A DNA stretch of 64,000 nt. Origin: Phyllobates terribilis (taxonomy: Eukaryota). Where the stretch lies: positions 568,912,001-568,976,000 of the forward strand of contig NW_027362765.1 in the NCBI RefSeq assembly GCF_046119375.1, in the 5' to 3' direction. Positions 47,223 to 61,398 of this stretch are shown one piece after another (within the stretch, counting starts at the first letter, position 1; each line of letters opens with the position of its first letter). Position numbers and translations under genes: made by a program. Under the pieces are notes generated by a model. The model had not been told where the DNA came from. It saw nothing but the letters and a program-made list of their open reading frames with translations, and made no database searches.

Positions 47223-50200
47223 CCCCTTCACAATATTTGACGTACATTTACATCAATGTTCATGACCCTGCCTTTGATGTCGGCTTGCACGCCGAGCCCA
47301 CATCTTTCCCAGCACATCATAGCTGTTAACCTGTTAAATCTCACAGTTAATCTGACAGTGGGATTTAACACGCGACAGCTGGAAACGCTTTATTCATCCT
47401 GCAAATCGATGCGCTCGTCATTTGATCATGGGGCGCCAGTGGGTTGTCATGACAGCTGGGGGTCAACTGATGAACCCAATGCCTGTCATTAGGATCGTCC
47501 TGTGCATGCCGGTAAATGTCTGGCGCTCATAGAAGATTGTGATTTCTGCTATATATATAGCAGTATTGATGCACTTCTATGTATAGTAAAAGCGATCAGA
47601 CGATCGCAGCATCAAGTCCCCTATGAGGACTATTCAATACAGTAAAAAGTGAGGAAAAAAGTTGTTAGCAATATGAAAAAAATAAAATCCCCACAAAAGT
47701 TCAAATCACCTTCATTTCGCCACATTAGAAATTAAACAATTAAAAAAATACATATATTTGGTATTGCTGTGTTCGTAAAAGTCTGATCTATCAAAATATA
47801 AAATAAATTAATGTGAACAGTAAACACTGTAATGAGAAAAAAAATCTAAATATCATATTTATGTTTTTTTTGGTCACCACAACATTGCAATAAAATGCAA
47901 TTAGAGGCGATCAAAACATTGTATATACCCAAAATTGGCATAAATGACAATATCAGCTCAGGGTGCAAAAAAAAGCCCCCACACAGCCCCATGCCCTGAA
48001 AAATGTAAACATTATGGGTCTTGGAAAATGGAGACATAAGCCAAATTTTTTTTTCGTACACATTTCCAAATTTTTTTTAACTACTAAAATAAAAAAAAAA
48101 GAACTTAATATGTTTTGTCCCACTCATAGTCATACTGACCAGAAGAATCATATTGCCAGGACAGTTTTACCATTTTGTGAACATGCTAAATAAAAAAAAT
48201 ATATATTGTTGAATTTTTTTGCAATTTCAATGTACTTGGAATTTTTTCCCACTTTCCAATGTATTACATGATAAAATGAATGGTGTCATTTAACCACTTC
48301 GCGCCAGAGCCTGTTTTTGCCTTCGTGACCAGGCCAATTTTTTCAATTCTGACCACTGTCACTTTATGAAGTAATTACTCTGGAATGCTTTAAGGGATTC
48401 CCCTGATTCTGAGAATGTTTTTTCGTGACATATTGTACTTCATGATAGTGGTAAAATTTCTTCGATATCACTTGTGTTTATTTGTGAAAAAATCGGAAAT
48501 TTGGCAAAATTTTTGAAAATGTTGCAATTTTCAAACTTTGAATTGTCATGCCCTTAAATCAGAGAGATATGTCACACAAAATAGTTAATAAATAACATTT
48601 CCCACATGTCTACTTTACATCAGCACAATTTTGGAACCCAAATTTTTTTTGTTAGGAAGCTATAAGGGTTAAAAGTTGACCAGCGATTTCTCATTTTTCC
48701 AGCAAAATTTACAAAAACATTTTTATAGGGACCACATCTTATTTGAAATGACTTTGAGGGGCCTTTATGACAGAAAATACCCAAAAGTGTCACCATTTAA
48801 AAAACTGCACCCCTCAAGGTGCTGAAAACCACATTCAAGAAGTTTATTAACCTTTCAGTTGTTTCACGGGAATTTTTGAAATGTGGAAGAAAACAATGAA
48901 CATTTAACTTTTTTTCACAAAAATGTTACTTTAGACCCAATTTTTTTATTTTTACAAGGATAATAGGAAAAAATGGAATACACAATTTGTAGTGCAATTT
49001 CTCATTAGCGCACTGATACCCCATATGTGAGGGAAAAACACTGTTTAGGCTCACTGCAGGGTTCGGAAGGGAAGGAGCGCCATTAGACTTTTTGATTGTA
49101 AAATGTGTTTGAATAATTAGCAGACGCCATGTTGCGCTTGGAGAGCTCCTGATGTGCCTAAACAGTTGAAACCCCCAGCAAGTGACACCATTTTGGAAAA
49201 TAAACCCCTTAGGGAACTTATCTAGATGTGTGGTGAGCACCTTGAACCCCAAGGTGCTTCACAGAAGTTTATAATATTGAGCTGTAAAAATAAAATGTTC
49301 ACATTTTTCACACAAAAAATGTTTTTCATCCCCTAATTTTGCATTATCATAAGGGTAACAGGAGAAATTGCACCATGAAATTTGATGTGCAATTTCTCCT
49401 GAGTATGCCGATACCCCATATGTGGGGGAAAATTACTATTTGGATACACTGTAGGGTTCGGAAAGGAAGGAGCGCCATTTGACTTTTTGAATGTAAAATT
49501 TGTTTGAATAATTAGCGGACGCCATGTCGCATGTGGGGGGACCCTAATGTGCCTAAACAGTGGAAACCAGCCACAAGTGACACCATTTTGGAAACTAGAC
49601 CCCTTAGGGAACTTATCTAGATGTGTGGTGAGCACCTTGCACCCGCAGGTGCTTCACAGAAGTTTATAATTTTGAGCCGTAAAAATAAAATTTTCACATT
49701 TTCCCACAAAAAATGTTTTTCATCCCCTAATTTTGCATTATCATAAGGATAACAGGAGAAATTGCACCATGAAATTTGTTTTGCAATTTCTTCTGAGTAC
49801 GCCGATACCCCATATGTGGGGGAAAACCACTGCTTTGGTGTACGGCAGGGTTCGGAAGAGAAAGGAGCGCTATGTTGGCTGGGCTAGGTTGCGTACACCT
49901 TATCACATTTGAAGAGTCGCTGACATGCCGAAACAGCAGAAACTCCCACAAGTGACCCCATTTTGTAAACTACACCTCTCAAGGAATTCATCTAGGGAAG
50001 TAGTGAGTATTTTTTAATTTTTAAATTTATACCATTGGGCAGTGAAGAAAACATAATTGTATTTTTACCATAAAAAAATGTTTTACCCTCAGATTTTACA
50101 TTTTCACACAGGGCTATAGGTAAAAATGGTGCTGAAATGTGTCACACAATTTCTTCTAAAAGTGGCAATACCCCATATGTGGCTGTATCGTACCGCTTAG

Positions 50201-52410
50201 CCATATGGCGAGATCTGGGAGGGACGGAGCGCTATTTGACAATTTGTAGATCAAATTATTGTAGAATAGGCATACGGATTTGGGAGCACAAAATTTTCTG
50301 AATTTCTTTTTGGGGGCAAGGACCATTTCGCTTTTCCAGAGCCTTTCTGCTACAAGTAACTTGGAAGTCCCTTATATTTTTAGCAGATGACGGACCTGAG
50401 TGGGGACTAGCTCTTTTTGAGGACTGAGTTGAAGCTTTTATTGGGAACATTTTACGTAACATTTATCCGGCGCTCTAGGCTGAGCACTTACATTGGGGTT
50501 TCCATCTAAATTTCAAATGTGATTCAGATGAAACCCCCCCGTCTGGCTTTTGTTTAGCGGTGTCCTTTTTTTCAGAAGTGCACAAAACTGTGGCCAACTG
50601 CACTTTTATGCACGCCTAAAAAAACTGACACTGTGGGATCACAGGCCAGATGGCATCCACAGTGGCCTATATCTGCCTCATTACAGGGAATCTTCCAACA
50701 TGGGTTCCGTCTGAATCACATATTTCAAAGATTTACACGGAAACTCTGGTGTAAGTGCTCAGCGCAGAGAGCAGGATAAATGTGAGCAGAGCCTTACTGC
50801 GAGCTTTGGGAGAAATAATAAAGAAATCAGTGGCAGGTGAAGAATTGGTTTATTTTTTTTTTACGCCATTCCTCGTGCGGTATAACTGATGAGATTAGTT
50901 TATTCTTTGGGTCGGTGCGATTACAGAGATAACAGATTTATATAGGGTTTTTATGACTGACAGCTCTCACACACTAAGAGACGCTTTTTTTTGCAAAATC
51001 TAGTTTTTGCATCGCCATATTTTGAGAGATATAATTTTTCCATATTTCGGCCGACAGAGTCATGTGACAACTTGTTTTTTGCGGGACGAGTTGACATTTT
51101 TATTGGTACCATTTTTGGGTACGTGACATTTTTTAATCACTTTCTATTCCGTTTTTTGGGAGGTAAAATTAACAAAAGCCAACTATTCAGGAATTGTTTT
51201 TTGAGGTTTTTTTTTATGCCGTTCTGCTTGTGGTAAAAGTGATAAGGCAGTGTTATTCTTCAGGTCAGTACGTTTACAGCGATACTACACTTACTGTATA
51301 TTTTTTTATGATTTGGCGCTTTTACACAATAAAACAATTTTATAGAAAAAATATTTTTTTTGCATCGCTTTATTCTGAGAGCTATAACTTTTTTATTTTT
51401 TGGCTGATGGAGCTGTATGGTGGCTTTTTTTTGCAGAACAAGATGACGTTTTCAGCGGTACCATTTTTATTTTAATTTTGCTTTTTGATCGCATTTTTTC
51501 CACTTTTTGTTTGGCGATATTATGAAAAAGCATAGTTTTTTGCTCCGTTTTTTATTTTTTATTACAGTGTGCACAGAAGGAGTTAATTAGTGTGACAGTT
51601 TTATAGATCGGGTTGTTTCGGACACGGTGATACCAAATATGTGTACTTTTTTTGTTTTTGCATAAATATACGGATTTATTGGTTTAATATTTTATTTATT
51701 TATTTTTATTTATTTTGTGTTTTTTTAACACTTTAAAAACATGTTTTAGACTTTTTTTTACATTTTTACTTAGTCCTGTATGGGACATTAATTTGTATTT
51801 ATCTAATCACTGCTCTCATGCAATGCAATAGACATTGCATGAGAACTTTGCTGACAGTTTCACACTGTCTGTCTCCTGCTGGACTCAGCTGCAGGCTGAG
51901 CTCAGAAGGACACCATATATGGCAGATCTTGAGGCGGTCATGTGACCTCCAGCTGCCATAACAACAGCAGGTCCTGGGAGACATCAAGGGGTCTTCGGAA
52001 AGGTGAGTGGATGACCCCCTCTCCTCTCACTATCCTCTATATGCCGCGATCACTATAGATCGCGGCATATAGAAGATAGCAAAGGGTTACCATCATTGGG
52101 ACCTGATCCAATCAGGTCACGATGATGTCCCCTGTCAGAGCTGTCGCTCTGAACCTCAACCGCAGCACTTGCAGGACCCTGGGGGTCCTGAGGGCTGCAG
52201 GACCACCGACCGTTCATAAACATCGGTGCTGCACAGAGCCCAGGCAGTGCCGACGTTTATGTACAGTGGGCGGTCGGGAAGCGGTTAAAAGTACAACTCA
52301 TCCCAAAAAAAACAAGCCCTCATATGGCTATGGGGATGGAAATATAAAAAGTTATCGCTCTTGGAAAAATGGAAGGAAAAAAGCAAAAGCACAAAAATGG
52401 AAAAGCAACT
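47223..52410 (+). mobile_element. TTAA-started piggyBac-like non-autonomous element, host to a nested copy
   Basis: TTAA|CCCCTTCAC start. Its sequence (…AATGGTGTCATT / AAAGTACAACTC…) resumes after 52288. The right terminus is degraded. Confidence 0.65.
48294..52284 (-). mobile_element. Nested piggyBac-like element related to 33738-39189, in reverse orientation
   Basis: TTAA flanks at 48290-48293 and 52285-52288. The start is the reverse complement of the 39100-39189 end. The ~395-bp repeat period is seen at 49214 and 49609. Confidence 0.85.
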
Positions 52411-52617
52411 TTTAATATTTGAATTTCAATAATAAGCAGACTTATTCTTTGTTTCCATTGCACTTTTTCCAAGCATGTGACACATTATGTGGGAAAAGCT
52501 CTGAAGGATGCAGTTTAACAAGTGAAAATATTATGCATGAGTCACAATTGCATCTGTTGTTAGGTATCCAGTTCATGCATTTATCATTCATAGGCCTTTT
52601 CACTGATATTTCATTAA

Positions 52618-53030
52618 AGGAGTTGTCCACTACTTTTATATTGATGACTTATCATTAGGATAGGTCATCAATGTCTGATCCGCAAGGGTCTGACACCCGG
52701 CATCCCCTGCCGATCAGCTGTTATCGGTGCCTGCGGTGTTGGCCGCCAGCCGGAAGTAATCACTTGCAGAGCTCTCCATCTTCTGATAGTGGCCGCCGTG
52801 GGATACTAGACATCCACCTTCTATTGATGTGAATAGGAGGCGGATGTGTAGCACCAAGCCCCAGCCACTACCAGAACATGGAGCAGCTTAGCAAGTGAGT
52901 ACTTCTGGCCAGCGGCCGGCAACACCGATGACTGCTGATCGGCAGGGGTAACGGGTGTTGGACCCCAGCCGGTCAGACATTGATGACCTATCCTAAGTAT
53001 ACATCAATGTAAAAGTAGCGGACAACCTCC
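52618..53030. mobile_element. T2/Kolobok-type MITE
   Basis: TTAA|AGGAGTTGTCCACTACTTTTA ... AAAAGTAGCGGACAACCTCC|TTAA, with long inverted arms. Confidence 0.85.
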
Positions 53031-53138
53031 TTAAAATGTTATTAAAAAAGTTCAAGATGTACTCATTAATGACACTCAAAGACTAGTAGTCATTCCGTGC
53101 ATATACTTTTTTTTCTTCAGGTTTATTTATATGATAAA

Positions 53139-53400
53139 TAGTGATGAGCAAGCACTAAAATGCTTGGGTTCTCGTTACTAAAATCGAAGCACATCGGACT
53201 ACTTGGGTGCTCAACTTGAGTAACGAGGATAATAGAAGTCAAAGGGAAACTCGAGCATTTTTCCAGCAGACCCTCCCAGGAGGTCTGTGGGGCATTAAAA
53301 TTGCTGAAATGGATGGAAAAAGTGGTTATATGGAATGAGAACAGCATGGGGAAGATGTCTGGACGAATTTCTGACTCGCAAGTCGCTTTTGGGAACAATG
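53139..53400 (+). mobile_element. hAT-MITE left-end fragment
   Basis: Begins TAGTGATGAGC. No matching right end was found. Confidence 0.45.
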
Positions 53401-53687
53401 GTGTCAGAGTAATACGCCACTTTTACGTACTGACAATAAAACATAGACCGAAGATAAATAGATATTTCAGGAAAAAAGTTTAAAACCATTCTTTCCAGTA
53501 TAATGACTTTTATATAAGGCAAATAAAGAAACCAGAGATAAAAAAAACAACCTCCTCCACACATAGACTATGTTCATATATAGCATTTTTGATGCGTTTT
53601 TGCACTTTCTCATTGATTTCAATCATGAAAAAAATTGCAAAAAACTCTGAAAGAATTTAGATGATCCATTCAAAAATTCAGCAGTAC

Positions 53688-54663
53688 ATAGGTTACGTTT
53701 TTGAGATCTTGGGAATGCGCCGAAAGCCTTCCAGGGTCTCGATCCATTCTAGCACCCCGGGGGAGATACATAGAACAGCTAGTAGAAGCCAGATAGCAAA
53801 GTTGCGTTTGGTCTCCAAGTATAAAGGGGGCCCGGCTGGATCCAATGGCATCAAAACCGCAGCCCTATGACATTCCAAGGAGAAGTTATGATCCATCATA
53901 GGTTTTGGAGCTTCAGCACCCAAGAGTATAGAGCCATCCCAGAGACAGGAAAGGGAGTGACCGACCAAGGGGTTAAGTGCTCATGTTTCTATGAGGGAGG
54001 TCATGCCATGAATTGTGTTGGAAGGAATCTTAAACAGCTTGCGACCACAGTTCCCAAGTGGCTGCCAGCACCAAGGCCAAACCTCAAGCTGGGAACTGAC
54101 ATGTTTCATCTGCTTATACCTTTTGTACTACAACCTGTATTTGCATAACTTACCTTTGTATATGTATAACCATTGTGTATATAATGTTTTGTCTAGTGTG
54201 CCCTTAAGGCGATTAAATATCCAATTTAATCTTGGGCTTCTCTTTTTATATAGATCCACGAATTCACATGTCCGTGTTCTTGATATAACTTCACATGATA
54301 CCGGGGCTGGATTATGGCCCGATATAATTCTTTTAATGGACCGGGCTTTTATCTAGTGAGGAACTGGTGGCAGTCCTACTGGGTTGGCAAGGCTTTTTTT
54401 CACATGTGCTAGTGAAAAGGGTCTCTCAGCCTGTCAGGGCTGAGAGCGAGTGTTGTGCCATTCCAGTGGCTGAGCCACATTCTCTCATTCCCTGTGCCTC
54501 CCTTGGACTGTGTGGCTAGGGGGTGTATGTGTAAAACTGTGTCAAGCTGACTGATATTACATATCAACAGTGGGTGCGGAACGTTCAGTTGGTGCAAGTG
54601 GGGAGACCAGACCGCGTGATGTAATAGTAATGTCAGGGGGGCAGCGAGGTGCGGTTTATCACA
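53688..54663 (+). mobile_element. Probable solo LTR (Gypsy-type), left end atypical
   Basis: Ends in ...TTATCACA with GTAC on both sides (53684-53687, 54664-54667). It contains ATTAAA and a TGGTGGCAG motif, but no TG at the left end. Confidence 0.45.
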
Positions 54664-55065
54664 GTACTTTTCAAACACCAACCTCACAATGAAGGATAGT
54701 TGAAATTCAGTGTCAATCGAAAGTTTAAAAGTACCTCATTGAATTTCACAAGCACCTTCAAGTCTCTGACTTCTAGCAAAGTTAAACTTTTTGGAGGTAA
54801 AGGTTCATCTTTCATGTGATGTAATTTGGATACTTTAATTTGAATTAAACGCTCCAAAGCCTTCCACCCTCGTATTGCTCTTGAGTGATTGTACTTGTAT
54901 CTATTGGATTAGCTAGTGGCCTTATGCAGAACAGAAACAATTTGAATCTAACATCAAAGCAGAACACCTTCATAGTTATTATGTTTTCTATGGGTCATAT
55001 TTGTTTTGATAGTAAAACCTACTCAATGCTAGGCATGTGGCTTTATTGTTATATTTATTCTTTAA

Positions 55066-57590
55066 CCATTTTACCCACCAAACCTGTTTTCACCTTCATG
55101 ATCAAGCTATATTTTACAATTCTGACCAGTGTCAATTTATGTAGAAACCACTCTGGAACTCTTCAACAGATCCCACTGATTCTGAGAATGTTTTCTCATG
55201 ACATATTGTGCTTCATGATAGCGGGAAAATTAGTTTGATATGACTTACTGTTGACTGCAGCAGGTGGCTCCTGTCTCCTGTGCCCCACTCCTCCACCGCT
55301 GATGCTCCCCCCATCCACAGCCACAGCAACACCATTCGGACTATAAGACACTCCCCACTTTCCTCCAAAATTTTGGAGGAAAAAAGTACGTCTTATAGTC
55401 CGAAAAATACAGCAACTTTTTTCACAAAAATTAGACCCAAATTTTTCTATTTTCACAAGGGTAACAGGAGAAAATGGACACCAAAATTTTTTGCGCAATT
55501 TCTCCTCGGCACTCTTTTTATGCACGGCATGGCTCGGAAGGGAAGGAGCACCATTTGACTTTTTGAATGCAAATTTGCTGGATAATTAGCGGGCGCCATG
55601 TCATGTTTGGCAAGCCCATGATGTGCCTAAACAGTAAAAATCCCCCACAAAACCCCACACAAGTGACCCCATTTTGGAAACTAGACCCCTCAGGGAACTT
55701 ATCTAGATGTGTGGTGAGCACCTTGAACCCCCAGGTACTTCACAGAAGTTTATAACATTGAGGAGTGAATAGAAAGAAAATTAGATTTTTCCCACAAAAA
55801 ATTTTTTTTAGCCTTAAATTTTGCATTTTCACAAGGGTAACAGGAGAAATTGCACCATTCAATGTGTTGTGCAATTTCTCCAGATTATACCGATACCCAA
55901 TATGTGAATGAAAGCTATTGTTTGGGCACAAGGCAGGACTCGGAAGGGAAGGAGAGCCATTTCACTTTTTGGATGCAAAATTTATCATTAGCGGATGCCA
56001 TGTCATGTTTGGAGAGCCCTTGATGTGCCTAAACAGTGAAAAACCCCACAAGTGAACCAATTTTGAAAATTATACCCCTTTGGGAATTTATATACATGTG
56101 TAATAACAATTTTAATTTTATGGGTGTTTTCCAGAAACAAGCAGCTCATGCTTCTAGAGACATGCACCCGTAAATTAGGCGGGCTCTCATTGCCGCAGAA
56201 ATGCAAACATGTGGACACTAAATGTGGTTTAGGCGCACTGGGGTCAGAAGGGAGGAGTTAGCTTGGATTTAGGAGTGCAGAATTTGCTGACTTTCTTTTG
56301 AGTGGCGAGGAGCCATTGCAATTTTCCAGAGCTTTTGTGCTACCAGTAATGTAGTAGCTCCCTATATTTCCATTAACAGATGACCATTTTCATTAACAGA
56401 TGACCGACCTGAGTGGAGACTCGCTTTTTTGTATATTGAGTTGAAGCTTTTATTGAGAACATTTTACATAAAGTTTGGGATCGCATTTATCCTGCGCTCT
56501 ATGCTGATCATTTACTTTAGGGTTTCCGTCTAAATTTCCAAGAGATGTGATTCATGTGAAACCCCTGAGGGATAACTTAACCATAATGAGGCAGCAGAGT
56601 TACTCTGGACCCTGTCTGGCCTTTGTTCAGTGCTGTTGCTTTTTTCAGAGGTGCACAAAACTGTGGCAGACCGTGCTTTTATGCTCGCCTAAAAAACAGA
56701 CACTGCCAAACCATAGGCCAGACAGCGTCCAAAGTGACTCCATCTGCTTCATTATAGGGAATCTTCTGTCGGGAGTTCTGTCTGAATCATGTATTCCAGA
56801 AATTTACATGGAAACCTTGGTGTAAGCTCTAAGCACAGAGAACAGGATAAATGTGCCTTACTGCGATCTTTAGGGAGCAGAATGAAAAAAAATCAACGGC
56901 AGATAAAGAATTGGATTTTTTCACTTTTTACGCCGTTTCTCATGCAGTATAAGGGATTAGACGACTTTATTCTTTGAGTCGGTGCGATTACAGTGATGCC
57001 ATATTTATATCAGGTATTTTTATTTGGCTGCTGTGACATACTAAAAGATGCTTTTTATTCAAGAAACAAGTTTTTGCATCCCCACATTTTGAGAGCTATA
57101 ATATTTTCATATTTCGGCAAACAGAGTTGTATGAGGGCTTGTTTTTTACGGGACAAGTTGACATTTTTATTGGTATCATTTTTGGGCACATGACAGTTTT
57201 TAATCACTATTTCAATTTTTGGGAGGCCGAATGAACAAAAAACAGCAAATTCTGGATTTTTTTTATACTGTTCAGCGTGTGATAAAATTGATAAGGCAGC
57301 TTTATTCTTTGGATCAGTACAATTACTGAGATACCAGAGATATTTTTTATGTTTTAACGCTTTTTCCCAATAAAAATTATTTTATAGAAAAAAAGTAATT
57401 ATTTTTGCATCCCTTTATTTTGAGAGCTATAACTTTTATTTTTCTGCTGATGGAGCTGTATGGCAGCTGTTTTATTGCGGGACAAAATGACGGTTTCAGT
57501 GATAGCATTTTTATTCACATTCGCCATTTTGATCACATTTTAATCCACTTTGTTTGGTGGTATGATGATAAATTCACACAGAAAAAATAA
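55066..57590 (-). mobile_element. Third, truncated copy of the piggyBac-like family
   Basis: TTAA|CCATTTTACCCACCAAACCTGTTTTCACCTTC parallels 48294 onwards, with the same ~395-bp repeats and internal modules. Confidence 0.75.
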
Positions 57591-57899
57591 GTAATAATCC
57601 CCTCCATGAACTGGTAGGTTGTGAGTGGTTGTCTCATCAGTATTTTTCACTTGTTTTGCTGCCATCTTTATTACATGGATTTGCTACATCCTGAAAATGT
57701 ATTAGTTCTGAGACCTGGGCAGGTAAATACTGCTGCTCTGTTATTGCTGTGTGAATTTTTTAATTTTTGGGGGTAATTCTAATTCCTCTTATTGTGGCAT
57801 GGCTTTTATTGTAGTGTTGGTACTCGCAAACATGAGGATTCTTGACACGGGTTGCAAGCTTACATATCATGGCCAAAATATCGACCAATACCTCATATA

Positions 57900-58820
57900 C
57901 ACTACCGTCCAAAAGTTTGGGGTCATTTAGAAATTTCATTATTTTTGAAAGAAAAGCACATTTTTTTTCAATGAAGCTAACATTAAATGAATCAGAAATA
58001 CACTCTATACATTGTTAATGTGTTAAATGACAGTTCTAGCTGCAAACGTCTTGTTTATATTGCAATATGTACATAGGTGTATAGAGGCCCATTTCCAACA
58101 ACCACCACTCCAGTGTTTTAATGGTACATTGTGTTTGCTAACTGTGTAAGAAGGCTAATGAATGTTTACAAAACTCTAGAAAACCCTTGCACAAGTATGT
58201 TAGCCCAGCTGAAAACGGTTTGGCTGATTTGAGAAGCTATAAAATTGACCTTCCTTTAAGCTAGTTGAGAATCTGGAGCATTACATTTATTTGTTCTATG
58301 AAACTCTCAAAATGGCCAGAAAAAGAGAACTTTCTTGTTCTTAGAAATTATGGCTATTCCATGCGAGAAATTGCCAAGAAACTGAAGATTTCCTACAACA
58401 GTGTGTACTACTCCCTTCAGAGGAGAGCACAAACAGGCTTTAACCAGAGTAGAAAGAGAATTAGGAGGCCCCGCTGCACAACTGAGCAACAAGAAAAGTA
58501 CATTAGAGTCTCTAGTTTGAGAAATCAACACCTCACAGCTCCTCAACTGGCAGCTTCATTAAATAGTACACGCAAAACGCCAGTGTCAAGTGACGTGGCG
58601 ACAGTGAAGAGGTGACTCCAAGATGCTGGCCTTCAGGGCAAAGTGGCAAAGAAAAAGCCACATCTGAGACTGGCTAATAAAAGGAAAAGATTAATATGGG
58701 CAAAAGAACACAGACATTGGACAGTGGAAGACTGGAAAAAAGTTTTATGGACAGACGAATCAAAGTTTGAGGTGTTTGGATCACACAGAAGAACATTTGT
58801 GAGATGCAGATCAGCTGAAA
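57900..58820 (+). mobile_element. Tc1-superfamily transposon, 5' half only
   Basis: TA|CACTACCGTCCAAAAGTTTGGGGTCA. MARKRE...YSMREIAKKLKIS...WAKEHRHWTVEDWKKVLWTDESKFE is truncated before the second D. Confidence 0.88.
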
Positions 58821-60260
58821 AACTCAGCTCACCTCATGCACGTCACCGACAGGGTGGGAAAAGTCTCCTGCGCTTGCGGTGAGCGTGAGAGAATTCTCCT
58901 GTGCTCACAGCAAGTGCAGGAGAATTTTCCCACGCTGTCAGTGACGTGCATGAGGTGAGCTGAGTTAATTGGACATGAACTTGGCTTATCTGGATGTCGT
59001 CACAGCGAGACACTGTGGAGCGCAAGCATGCCTGCGCTTCTCAGTGTCTGCGGCATGGCAAGCTGGATGGCAGCTTTCTGCTGCGATCTAGCCTGTCATG
59101 TCAATGTAGCAGAGGTGAAGCTGTCCTGGGAACCATGGAAAGGTAAGGATGAGGTTGGTTTGTTATTTTACTTTTATTGCAGGAGATCGTTGGCTTCAGC
59201 TGGAATGGGCGTGACGGTAAGTATGGTTTAATTTAGAACATTAAAGAATTGTGTGTTTATTTCAATTAAAGGACTTTATTCTGGGTGTTTGTGTTTTTTT
59301 TAACTTTGACTATGGGGTTAGTAATGGAGGTGTCTTATAGACGCCTCTCCATTACTAACCTGGGCTTGATGTCAGCTGGCATTATAAGCTGACATCAACC
59401 CCAGCCCTATTACCCACTGCCACGGCTACAGGGCAGTGGTAAGAGCGAGGCTAAGGGCCAGAATTTGCGCATCCTATGGATGCGCCATTTCTGGGGCGGC
59501 TGACGGCTGGTGTTTCTAGCCTGGGAGGGGGCCAATATTCATGGCACCCTTCCTGGGCTATTAATATCAGCCCCCAGCTGTCTGCCTAACCTTTGCTAGC
59601 TATTAAAATAGGGGGGACCCCAGGTCATTTTTTGGGGGGTCCCCCATTTTAATAGCTAGTAATGGCTAGGTATTCAGCTGGGGGCTGATATTTGTAGCCT
59701 GGGAAGCTCCATGGGTATTACCTCCTTCCCAGGCTTCAAACATCTGCCCCAGCCGTCTGCTTAACCTCCGCTAGAGACTAAAATTACGGGGAACCCCATG
59801 CCATTTTTTTTTAATAAATCCTTTATTTTAACACTAAATGACAAGTACAGTAATCAACACTATCACTGTACTTATTATATATGTGACTGACATGTTTCTA
59901 TCTATCTAATCTATGTGTGTTGTTCTATTCTTTCTGCTCTAAATTGTCGGGTACCGGTGTATGCCGCTGCTGAATTGCCCACTTTTCATGTTTCACTGTG
60001 AGCACTGTTCTCATCGATTTGGGCAACCACTGTAATGCCACAACCACCATGGCTGTGGCATTACAGTGAGTGGCAGACAATCCCTGCATGATGTGAAAAA
60101 ATCCAGTTACGCTTTTGGTGCATGAACAGTTATCGAACATAACCTCGAACGGACAAATTTTTTGCAAATCGTTCGTGTTCGTCGAACGACTCGAACACAG
60201 TCCAAAACAGCTCGAATTTGAGATTGGTGAACAGTTCTAGTCGAACACCGCTCATCTCTA
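58820..60260. mobile_element. Non-autonomous hAT derivative sharing the right end of the 11-kb hAT
   Basis: 60085-60260 is closely similar to ~22000-22171 and ends GCTCATCTCTA. The interior is non-coding and the left end was not found. Confidence 0.75.
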
Positions 60261-60642
60261 CTGGCAATGTCAGGTGTCAGCTGTCATATCAGCTGAACAC
60301 CCCGCAGCGATCACGCGCAGAGCTCCTGTGAGTGCAATATCGCCAGGACACATCTATTTGTCTAAAGTCGATAAGTACTTACCGACCTGGATGTATAGAT
60401 ACGTCTAAGGTCATGAAATAGTTAATATGACTACAAGTTGAAATTCTATTTTAGATCACTGCAGAAAATGTATTTCTAATATCAGATGTCATATTTTTCA
60501 GAAAGACTAAAGCTAAAATTATCTCTCTTTCCCCATTAATCGCTCTCTGGTGTAGGCTGTACAGTTTCTTCCTGTGGTGGGTATGGATGTATGAAGCAAG
60601 TGCTGTATCGTAGCCCTCTCCAAACATAGCAGATGCAGGCTA

Positions 60643-60978
60643 CAATACCGTACATATAAAAGTATGCGCACCTCTGATTAAAATTACTGTTATTGTGAAC
60701 AGTTAAGCAAGTTGAAGATGAAATGATCTCTAAAAGGCCTAAAGTTAAAGATGACACATTTTCTTGCTATTTTAGACAAAAAACAATGTATACATATTTT
60801 CATCTTTTACATTTTAAAAATTACTTAAAGGAAAATGTTCCGATGCAAAAATTTGGGCACCTTGCTATGGTTAGTACCTAGTAGTACCCCCTTTTGCAAG
60901 TATCACACCTTGTAAATGCTTTTCGTAGCCAGCCAAGAGTCTTTCAATTCTTATTTGAGGGATTTTCATCCATTCTGA
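60643..60978. mobile_element. Tc1-like terminal fragment (IR/DR type)
   Basis: AAAAGTATGCGCACCTCTG and AAAAATTTGGGCACCTTG are repeated terminal-type motifs. No ORF. Confidence 0.5.
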
Positions 60979-61398
60979 ACGACCCAAACCCGAACAGTCA
61001 TGGGTTCGCCCATGACTATTGGTTCAAAACTTATTTCACCCTCCGTATTATGACATCATGATGTGTGTCGGCCCACATGACTGTGTTGTGTGACATATCA
61101 TGTTATAATGTTAGAATGTGCATCAATAGTTATCCCTATATCAAGTAACAGGTGAGGACTGAAGATAAGCCTGCTTCCAGTACCTTACATTACTAGTAGA
61201 GTAAATAGTGGCAGAGGCAGGTGAGGGCTGAGGTGATTATGATATTTTATTGCTCTTTAACCCCTGGCTGGCCATAATTTTTCTGAATTAAATTAAAATA
61301 GAGAAACCCCAGAGCATAACAAGGGACATTCATTTTGAGGAAAATATCTTCACTGCAAATTTAATTTCCTGGGAAAATGATAGCAAATAGAAGAATTT

